From assembly GCA_900088475.1 (NCBI GenBank), contig FLMG01001271.1, forward strand, positions 1-34,868: DNA of 34,868 nt, given 5' to 3'. The notes under the pieces are model-generated. The model made no database searches. It saw only the letters and a program-made list of their open reading frames with translations, and was not told the origin of the DNA. Each line of letters opens with the position of its first letter. Positions within the stretch are counted from its first letter, which is position 1. The position numbers and the translations under genes were made by a program. Of the stretch, positions 1 to 11,100 are shown piece by piece. This DNA comes from Hyphochytrium catenoides. Taxonomy: Eukaryota; Protista; Hyphochytriomycota.

Positions 1-387
1 CTGACTTCGTGAGAACAGCTGTACCTCTTTTCCAAGATAGCCTTGGCGCAGGACAATAGGACCCACTTTCTCAGGAGGACTGGGTCCACTACCTCCCGTC
101 GCTATCGCAGGCATCGCGGATGAATGGGACGCGCAATAACTGCTTACTAGAACACCTTTAAAGGCGAACCAAGCTGATTCTCAGCTGATTCTCATCCAAG
201 CGATCGATAGCAATCCATTGCACACCAAAGCCTTGCGGTGGACGTTTCTCCGCTCAATCTCTCTCGTATTATCGTTCTGATTGTATTGTGACAGCAGGGT
301 GCCAAGCACGCGCACCCTCCGTCGCCCTAATCGTCTTTCTCTGCTTCTTGCTATCGGACTGTGGAGCTTCGTGAGCTGCACCTGCCG

Positions 388-415
388 GTGATGAGTGATG
401 AGTGATGAGTGATGA
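388..415 (+). repeat. Tandem heptamer (GTGATGA)x4
   Basis: Four perfect copies read directly. Confidence 0.9.
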
Positions 416-2155
416 GAACGGGCAAGAAACGCCTGTCTCCTTCCTCTGTTATGATGGGAGGGCCAAAAGGCAAGAGCTGAATGGGCTGTTGCTGCTGCAG
501 CATCACTCCCGCACTTCACTGTTGGTGGTTACTGCGTACTTGGAGAGGTCGGTAATCATCCCAGATGATCTCTTATTGATCTTCAGTGAGCGTCAGAACT
601 TTCCGATCTTCATCAGAGCTTCAGATGCTTACTTGAGGGGCGGGCTTACAGAGCTTCCGAGCTTCAGAGCTCATCCTCATTAGGTAGCAGGCCATGGAGG
701 ACATCGTCCATCAGTCAAGACACAGAAAGCTCTGCCAGATGTGTGCGATGGTATGAGGACAACTCGTCGGGCCCACTCTATGGATTACTACCTCAGGAAG
801 CCTTCAGAAGATCCAAGAAGGATAGGTCGTTGTGATTCCTTTATCTTCTGTTCTGGCTGCATCATGTCAAGGGGACGTTGCTGAGGTCAAAATAGCTGGT
901 TAAGGTGAAGCAGCTGAATAGGATATGGCCGGAACCTAATGAGATGAAGGAAACGAAGGAACGGTTGTTTCTGGACGAGAAGGATGAGCCGTCGGGGACA
1001 AGAAGAAAGAGATGGAGACGGCAATTCTTATTAGATTAGAGAACTGGGAAGAGAAGACGCTACCAAGAATTAGAAGGAAACACCAGTCACGCTAGGTAAC
1101 TGACCACTAATGCGTCCGCTGCCCATGCGGAGTATACGTTAATTGACCGAGGCAACACCATCCCTGTGTGTTGTGACCCTACCATGAATGAGATGACTAT
1201 GACCAGAGCAGTCCTCACACATCCTAAACCTCTTAATCCTCTACCGATTGCCCCTGTTACGAGCAATAGTAGCATCCGTGCTAGCCCTCAGCAGCCTCCT
1301 CGGCCATGTCGTCGTTTATCAAGAACGAAACTTCTTTCCCATTCGAGGGCATCAAAGACAAGCCGGCGAACTCCAAACTATAGCAGGAAGTCGTTGGAGC
1401 TTGGGTGTGTCAATTTCTCACTTCTTCGCTTCTGGTAGGATAGACATGATGCAGAAGCACATCAAGAGAAAGGAAAGCAGGGAAGGCAAAAGAATAGCCG
1501 CTATGGGGAGGGAATAATAAACTGTAGCGCATAGGAAGTACCCTGTCGAAATGGTCAAGTACCTACAGGCTGCGAGACAAGATAGGAAGCCCCACGCGTT
1601 GCTGGGATTACACTTTACAATCTGTCAATTTGGCATAGCACTAATCTTTCTTTCTTTTCCCCTTTCATTTGTTTCGGCGATTTAAGGAGAGGAGAGCCCC
1701 ACTGCCAGTGGCAGGTTATTACCTCTGTGAATGTGACAGTCTAACCTCCTTGTAGCTCCTGTCGCAACTCCCACCTGTGACCTCTTGCGCCGGGATAAGG
1801 TCTACCACGAGCTACAGCAGCCTGAGGATAGTGTCGTACCACCAACCACACGGATGAGCAGTGGACATATTCCAAGTAGCCTTGCTAGGGACAAACGAAG
1901 AGGACTAACTGACCAAGCGGACTGAAGAAGGTCTAATCGGGCAAGTCTTGGCGTGGATATGGGCTTTGAGTGGGACTGAAAGGTACTGACAATCAGATTC
2001 ATAGTCTATGGGCCTTTCACAGGCCACACCCTGGATCTTGCTCTCTTCCAGAAGTGATAAAGGTGACAGAGGAGTAGTTGAGAAATATCATGCGGAGTCA
2101 GCCATGTGAAGGGCAATAAAGGAAAAGGATCACGTTTATTCAAAGGGCTTCATGC

Positions 2156-5100
2156 CTAGTCCACTTTGACCTTACGAGGATTAGGAATGTTGATGATGCT
2201 GGGGCCTGTCATACGAAGCACAAGCTCGGGCGAGCGCATGATTCGCACCAATGTCTCAAACAGCTTCACCTCATCACGGAGATGACCCACATAGGATTGT
2301 TCTCTCGCTATGTAGACTCCCTACACATGGAGAGCCATTTAGTACATCAGCCCTTAGAGCCACAGACAACACATGTAGAAATCCTCACCTCACACAAGTC
2401 CAGCAAAACGGTGGGGTCTGGCATCTCTTCATAGACAATAAATAGATACTTCTTCCGGAAGATGTTCCCAATAAAACCTCCGATCGTGAAGATAATCTGC
2501 AGAGCAGGCGTAGCAAGAGCCAAAATCAGCCACCCGACTAGTCAGAACAATTATGAAGTTACTTTGCTCACAAATATGTAGAGCGCCTTGTATCCATAGC
2601 CGCCTGCAGCCGTCGTAAGAGCCGTTGAGATTCCTGAAATCACATTGTCGGAGACCGTGATGATGCAAAGACCACGGTTGTCCGCCGATCCACAATCCAC
2701 TTTGGCTTGGGAGGAGTTCGTATCAAGCTGGGACGTGACGACCCAGAAAGTTTGGCCTGCTGTGCCAATGAGCTGCATAGTCAGCAGGTACTTGGCATAT
2801 CCTGGAGCCACAAATGCCGGGCCCTCTAGCGGGAGGCGGAGGACAGAGTCATAAATTTGACCAACTTGGAAGACTTCCGACTTAAACTCAGGTTGGTTTT
2901 GGCTCGCATTGATAGCAGACGCGATGGCCTTTTGGGTGGCCATATCTATGGCCCCGAAGAAGGTTTGAGAAATCTGTGGCAAGAGGTAGAAGAGGAAGGT
3001 TTCTGGGTCAGCTACTCTCCTTCTATCCGGTGATGGTTCAGTTGCCCCATGAAGGCGGCAAGTGGACACACTGAGGGGTACTACTTTGATAACTGCCACC
3101 TACCTCTGTGTTGCTGTTCGTGGGGTTGATGGCTGAGCGTGTGAAGGTGAACGTGACCAGCCAACCAAGGTCTAGCCCTTCCGCCAGACTCTTTACCAAG
3201 TAATCCAGCAACGGACGGCTGCAGAGATATTATTTGTCAGCTATGGACGTAAAAGAATGAGCGCAAAGATCAAATGTGGAGAAGGGCGTAAGACTTGGAA
3301 CCATCAAAAAGAAGTATAGACACTCTCAGACGCCTTGAAAATACAACGAACATTTCTTTGATAGTAGGTGAATCACAAACATATCCGGACCCACCTTGCA
3401 CCCCAGGCAGCCTCTGAGAAAGGTAGGAAGGCGATGGACTGAGCCACAGCGTCTACTGTGTCAGTGCGCGGCAAGCTCTTGACATCCTTAAGGTCAAACG
3501 CAGTGGTCATGAAAGGATAGGTGAGAGCTGCGCTGCCATTCCTGCCTAGTCCTATCTTCACCTCCGCACTGGTGACAGGGTTAGGGTCGTAGGATGGGTT
3601 CAGGTCGGAAAATAGGAGCAAGGGGAGGACCAAGAGAAGGACAAGGAAGAAAACTACGAGGCCTCCTTGTATAAACTTTGTGAGAAATGGCTGCTTCTTA
3701 TATCCTTTGAGAGCCTCATCTTCCTGCCTCTCCCTCATGTTGCACTTTTGAATGTAAAGACTTATGTAGATCTCCTCATGCAAGTTGAAAAGAGGGCGGG
3801 AAAGTGAAGTCTCCGCACAGACCCAGTTCAGCGTGCTGCTCAGCTCGAAAAAGAAAGGGATAGCCTGGCATATCTCCTGCCTCAACTTGGTCAACTCACC
3901 AAAGCCTCGACTGGAGCAACAAAAGATGGGTAAGAGTAAGCTCAGACCTCCCACAGCACGACACGAAGAAAGAGGATCAGTAATCACCCGTCACTATAAG
4001 GTTAGATTGGCAAAGCGGGACTGCGGAAAGAGAGACTTGACACCCAGTCAAAACACAGAGAGGTATGCAGGGTAGAGAAAGCAATGTTCTTCTTAGATCT
4101 CTGTGTACCTAGTGAGCAAACGACTATCTCCTGAAAAAACGGGATACCCATACTTTATCTGCAACGCTGACAGCCCCATGTAAGCAGCTTGGATGAGGTA
4201 GAACAGAGAGAGAGACGTCCTTTCCATTATCACCGTATTCACAGACGCTGGAAACCAGAAAAGGATAAGGAGATGCACCGCGAGGACGAAGGAATACTGC
4301 AGACAGAGCTTAATCCGCAATGACTGGTACAGCACCGCCACTCTAACAAACACATTGTGGTCAGTAGGAGAAATCGGACGAAGAAAGATAGACAATGTGC
4401 ACTCGATCAGAGTTTCACAATCAGTTTCATTCTCGCTGCCCGATTTTGCTTCCTCATGCAACATCCGCACTCCACCTGTTATTTCTCTCTAGGTCCTCGC
4501 TCATTTAGACCACAAAGACGACTAGACCCCACTATCTCACCTGTCGCCTATCATTAGCGCCACCTGCAGTATGCACAAGATCACCATGGATCCCGAGAAT
4601 TGAGAGGAGGACATACTGGAGGAGAGGCCATTCGTCTCTTTGCTGCCAATAGAGGAGAATAGAAAGACTATCCCAATAAGGGAGATACCCTGGACTATAA
4701 GGGTAGCAGAGTAGTAGCTCCGTCCTGGCTTTTGTCCATTCGCTGCATCCTGGATGTCGGAGTCCCACCGAGGTGGGACAGGCGGGATAATCCGGTTGAA
4801 ATAGGCAGAGAATGGCTTGGGAACCTTTGAGATGAAAGATAATGAGGTGGCCATCAGGGTCTACTAGTAGCTACTTCTGCCAGAATGGTCTTGAAGAGTC
4901 GAAGAAGAGCGCAAGTCCAAAGTAGATTGGCCAAAGTCAACAAAGTTCGTCACTTACAATTTTATCCACAGATTGCGGAAGTCCGTGAAGCTTCTTCCCT
5001 ACGCCTTGATCCACGTAGATCTATAAAATCTAGGCTTCAGTGTGACTTCTAACCAGCTTGTAGTATGAGATGGCAGTACCTGGCGGGTGTTATTGAGAGC

Positions 5101-8100
5101 TTGCATATTTCTCTTCTCCTCCTCATCGGTGATCACTTCCTTGGTTGACTCTTCTTTCTCAGTAACCTCACTAATTGTCTCTGCAGCTTTGCGAGCTGCC
5201 TCTTCCTCTGCTGCCTTCATGGCTGCCTTTCTGCTCTGCAGCTCCAAGGCGTGCGCGCTGTAGAACAGGACAGTCAGAATGACGAGACACAGGTGAACTT
5301 TTCTGTCTCCTGTGCCTAGAATGGTAGCACTTCGTCAGCTTTCTTCTTCAAACCTCAACATGTTTTAGCTCTCTACCCAGTGCCAAAGCCTGACCGACCC
5401 ACATCCTACTTACATATCAAGCATAACGTCTTGATCACTCAATATCGATTGGTTATCCTTTCCTTGTGAGCCACGAGTGAGCTGCTCAATGAGAAATGTC
5501 CGCCGCACAGAAGCGTCGGCAGTCTCCCAAAGACCCCGTACTCCCAGCTCGAAGCGGTGGTATACGAGGGAGAGGAAGAAGAGGAAGGTCCAAATTAAAC
5601 CTGAAGATGAGTTCCATTGAGTCCGTCAAATACTGATGACCAGAGAAGTACGGAACACTTTTGATTGACCAAGTGGGGCGTGAATAGCAGCAGAAGACAT
5701 AAGCACTGGACAAAGGGTGATCTAATGAAGAATCCAGCTGATGAGAGAGGACTTGGAGTCGTGGACAGAGCATATAGGAGATTGGCCTTTAAAGGCGTCA
5801 CTTCTCTTCGCGTCTCCCTACCTTCTGTTATTGAGGCTACGTTGTTAAGTGACCCGTCAAATTTATAGATTCCTAAGACCAGTAGGGGCTGAAACCTCTT
5901 TACATTGGTACTTTGCACAGTCAGAGATAGAGAGGGGCACCATGGCTGGATCGATGGGTAGAAGAACGCGGACCGGTCGATCTGGGCTGACTGGCAGAAA
6001 ATTGGGACTTGAAAAAGGTATTTCACAGATAGCGCGAAGATGGACTACATGGCAGACGAGCAACTAATTACTTAGACGCCTATCCATCAACCACATATCA
6101 AGCGTGTTTAGAATACGGCAGGAGAAGGAAGTCGCCCTTACCCATGCCAACAAAAACTTCCAGATCTTGACCTTAGGTCTGGGATTTTCGAAGCCAGCAT
6201 ACGCAAAAATAAGCATCACAGGAACGGTGCTGAGCAGATCTCCTTGCATAGCGAACGACAACGCTGCTGCAAAACAGCAGAGAAGCGATGACCAGCCACG
6301 TAGAATGTTTACTAGTATAGCAGGCAGCTCCAACCAAGGAAAAATGGTGGAAGAGTTCTCATCTGGCCTCTTACTCTCATCACGTAGGACTGGGTCCTGC
6401 TGACGCTGCAACGAGGGAGCAACAGTTGGAGTTGAGCATTGTTACAAGTCTGAGGAGATAAAGGTATGGGAAACGACGTTGAATAGAAGAAGAGCTAAAG
6501 GGGGAACCAGCAAAACCTCCTCCTTGGCAACAATAGGAAAGAAAGCAGCATACGAAGGAAACGACGACGGCTTTATGAGGCAGACAAGAAGAGAGGGAAC
6601 TGTTCAATAAGACTCACCCATAATGCTGCATAGTAAGGAAACCACCACGGCAGCTCATCATCTTCTTTGTCTTCGTCATCCATCATCCAGCTCTCAATGG
6701 AGCCAGCCTCACTACCCTGCTCTGACATTTCGTCGTTTTCTGTCGTCTCACCACCATTCTGTTTTCACGGGTGCAGATGCGAGAAAAAGTGAGAAGAGGA
6801 GCATAATATAGTCGCTATTCCATTGAATAGCTGTGAGGAGAGACGGCGGTACCGTGTGTTCTACTTAGACCTAAGACGTGAATCTCATCCAAGGCAGGGA
6901 GGGCTAAGGCGATGGTAAAGCCCAAGTCTCAGTACACAACCTACCGCTCTAATATGCTCTTCCAACCTCTCTTGGAGCGTTGCACCCACAGATTTATTTG
7001 GCGTGTTTTGCAGAAAAGAAGAAATCCATTTCTCCTCATCTTCTTCATCCGCTGGCTGGAATTCGTACAGGTCATAAGGGTGTCGACCTCTCCTCAGCTT
7101 CAGAACGAAGCGCTGCAGTTGTGGCCTCCCATCCTCCAGTTGCACACGTTCAAGAGGGCGCTCAAGGCTTATTACGTCCCCATGGTGGAAGGAAGTAGGC
7201 CAGTGCCTCTTCCGGCGGCTTGACCTGAGGAGTCAAAAGGTTGACGAAGTCAGCTTTTGCTCTACATGGCCTAGATTCCTCAGGCATAGAGATAGAGATC
7301 TCTCTTTTTGTCGCTGCTGTCTAGTTCAGACCGGTCGCTTATCCATAATGCCCAACTTTCCTCGCACCTGTGCTTCGCAGCAACCCTTTCGTTCTTATAG
7401 TAAGATAGACGCCTCCGATCAGCAACAACGTAGCGCAAAAGGCATCGTTTGCTCTCTTTCATAAAGAAAAAGTGCCATGGTCGTTTGTTTGTCTGACTCG
7501 GCAGAAACCGTCAGTTAGTGGAGTCGTGCATGGGAGTATTCGAGCAGATGTACGCAAGCAGCCCTTTTCGTCCGGTGTATCTTTCCCCACATCTCCTCCT
7601 GTTGAACACTTTCTTTCCACTTGAGATCGGCCGTCGCTGTCTGCTACTCCTAAGTTGGAGATGCCCAGTTGCTCATAGACCTCCAAAGGTAGCCTTTTTT
7701 GTATTACTCACCGCTTTCCTCGTAATTCGCATCCACCCAGCGGTGACATCAGTCCCAAAGTCGAGTGGCGCAGTCGTAATGGGTGGCGATGGAATAGAAA
7801 AGGGACCCTCTCCGTTTCTGTTGACAGCTGAGACCTTGAACTGGTATGAAGAGGCAGGATGTAGCCCATCAATCGTTAGCGCGGTAATGTGGCCTATAAG
7901 GTGAGACGTTAGTTTTCTCGCTGAGATTGACAAACGGTTGAAGTCTTTCTGCTCCCTCCAATCAGTGTACCTGGCACTTCAATCATATCGTCATAGTCAC
8001 CCAATAGAGTGAGTGAAGGAACCTTCTGCTGCACAATTCTGTAGGCTTTGATCCTTAGGCCGCCGTAGCTCTCCGCTGGCTCCCATCGTAGCTCCACAGA

Positions 8101-11100
8101 GTGCGCTGTAGCGTTTGATGCACGAGGATTCTTCGGAGCGAGAGGGGGTAGCGAGAGATTCAACCCGATAGCGACATCAAGAAGCTCCGACGTCACGTTC
8201 AGGGTCTACGACACAGCGCCATAAAGGACGGGAAGGCAGTAAAGAGACACAACGGTCAGTTATCCTCATTGGCAGTTAAGATATCTGCTCTTTATCAGAG
8301 AAGAACGGATTGAATTGATACTGAGCCATTCTTGACCTACCCTTGTGACAACTGTCTTGAGCTTGAGGATCATAGCCCCCTTCACCTTGTGCATACGCCA
8401 CCACCTCTCAAGCCTGTCCGTATATTCCACCTTCTCGCTCAATTCGAACCTCTCATTCCGCTCCTCCCGCAATCGGTCCAAGTAGTGACGCATGTATCCA
8501 TATTTCTGACTTCTATACAGTTCACTCTGTACTGAAGCAAGAGCAAATATGATAATTGAAGCCCACGGCAATTCAGTACTGCCACTCGAAGTCTGAGACT
8601 GAGAATAAGGAGAAGTGAATGCCGCCCCTGGATAGTCCACGGGATACTTCACCAATCCCAGCAGGTTGCCCGCTGAAAGACAGGCGCCACCCATGTTGGA
8701 GTCATTGGTCCCTAACGTAAACGCACCCGCAGGGAAGTGGAGACGGAGCGCCAATTAGGTTTAAGCGCAGGAGCGCCAAAGGTAACTCAGAGGTCCAATA
8801 AATGACCGAGGTGCATTAAGAAAGCTGGGAAAAACTTAAGGAACGATAGAGAAGTGGACCACGGTACGGGGGAGAGGAGACAAGAAGGAAGAGTCAGGAA
8901 GAGTAATAAGCTAAATGGACTCTCGATATGACTTACCTATCACACACTGTTGCTTCGCTGCTGAGATTTCGATCGCAGGAAACTGGTACACAATCATGGC
9001 AAACATCTGTGTCCAATTAACCGCACGCAAACTCGCAAACACCCTAGTTCCTCCTCTGGATAGGTACTCCGAGCAGCAGAAGAAGACCACGGAGACGGAG
9101 ACATACAGCAGCGAGAAGAGATTGGCTTGGCTGCAGCCTGCAGCAAACGCCACCACCAGAACAATGTTGATGAAGAGCGCGAAGCAAAAGAAGGAAATCC
9201 AATGGAACAAAGTACGATTGTTGCCGCAGGTATAATCGCCTGGATCTCCAGGGAAGAGTTTCTGGCAGATGGCTTGAATTGTGCGCAAACGCTAGCCCAG
9301 CAAAACAGTCAGTTAGCCCCAACGGCAGGAATTCAAACGGCCAGGATCTAGCAAGCTCCCAAGAGCCGTTATCTCTTGTTTATCGAACACCGCAATCTTC
9401 AGCGTACCTTTCTGGATCATTTGTCCCCCTACCTATCCCTGCTAACGGTCTCCCTCTGCTAGCGGTCAGTCCTACACCATCAGGTATTGCTCGCAACTGC
9501 TTACCTTCACAGCGGGCTCCATAAGCCCGAATTGATCCGCCTCTTGCATCATCGGAGCCAGTGCGAGGGCATCCAGGGTGACGCCATAATGCCTTGCAAT
9601 GCTCTCATGGGCCCTCAATTCTGCCCAATAGTACGGGAGGTATTAGCGAATATAAGCGTTATGTGGGAGAAACGATAATACGGTGTCGGTCCTTCTCCAT
9701 TAGGTTTCCAGCCATCTCTTCCTCGAGACAGGCGCGACTACTTCTCTACTAGTCCGTCACTACATCTGCTCCTGATCAAAATTGCTGTCCAACTCCCTGC
9801 GGACAGATCTCCCTTTCTCCCTTGAGCCATTACGTACCTAGCTCTTCATAGAGCTGACGCAGTTTCCAAGCTTTAGGGATCATGCCCACGACGAAGAAAA
9901 CAGCTGCATCAGATAGGAGTTGCCACGGTGAACCATACCCCAGGCCGCCAATGCCTGTTAGACCAAGGGAGACAAGGTACAGATAAGATTTTAGTGAAAT
10001 CAATGTCAGAGGAATTGAACATTCAGAATTCAAGTGAGGGAAGACGTATAGAGAAAAACAGCGAAAAGGCTGCCTTCGAAAACTCTTAACCTACCGAACC
10101 AATACTGCCAACTGTTAGACAGCACTCTCCAGGGCCAGTAGCTCTGTCTGTCGGCTCCCAAAAATGGGGGAAATCCAAGAAAGGACCCGTACTGGGCTAT
10201 CAAACTCAGAATAAGCACCAGCTCAAGCCACCACCATCCGCCACGCACGAGAACTTTTCTCGGAGTATATATCAGAAGGACGACAAGGAGCATGTAACAT
10301 AGAGAAAGGAAGGAGAGGTGTACAAAGGACGAGACGACCAGTCCCACCAGCGTTAAGATGGTGAGAGCCCGGATCATGATGCGGACGTACGCTAGCCGCC
10401 AACGCCAAAAGGATGGTTCGACGTCATAATAACTAAGACCTCGACCTTCCTCAGCGGAGTCTCTCCCTTTGCTTGTGGGAGTTGCTCCCTCTTCACCCCC
10501 ACGGCTTTGTCTGTCTTTGTAGCGATGGTCTTCCGCTTCATGAAAAACCGTTTCTCCAAACTCTACAGCTCTCCGATCCTTCAGAGGTATTGGGTCACTT
10601 CTTCCCTCGGATGCAATGCTGTCCCTTTGCGAGTCGTTCGCCCCAAAGGCACTCGTTCGAATACGAGTGCTTTCCCTGTCCGTACTTCCACTTATGCGTT
10701 CACTTAGGCGTTGAGAGGGTTCCTTACGTCGTTGATCTTCACTTTCTGTTAGGCTCCTTACCAAGGACTCTCGAAGCACTGTACGGAAGCCCTCGTCGGA
10801 AGTGGGCAATGGTCTCCACGATGAGCCTTTTGCCCCGACTACCTGAATGGAAAATTCCGACATTTGGCCAGAATAACGGGCCGTTCCCGTCCCCGACGCC
10901 CCAAGGTAAGATCCTTTGCTCCCTCTTCCCATATCCAATTCGGGGACTTCTCGGCGCGATGAGGCACTAGCGGCATCTGATTCTCCAGGCAGGCTTTCTA
11001 TCGCGCTGTCAGCAGCCATGGCGGAGTTCATCTCAGCTGCCCCTAAACAAGCGAGAAAGTTGCGCGAGATCAAGCAAGTAAAATAGACGACGGCCCATGA

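Noticed and set aside
388-415. GTGATGA repeats as snoRNA C boxes or a CRISPR-like array
   Set aside because: A simple head-to-tail heptamer without spacers, with no convincing terminal stem or D-box arrangement.
7673-8196. FN3 ORFs as a separate titin-like or receptor gene nested in Piezo
   Set aside because: Same strand, with in-frame GT-AG junctions to Piezo exons on both sides and no independent start or stop.
10473-10970. Plus-strand ORFs antisense to Piezo exons, and similar antisense ORFs over RPN2 and at 25600-26205
   Set aside because: Shadow ORFs opposite genuine exons, with no recognisable motifs.
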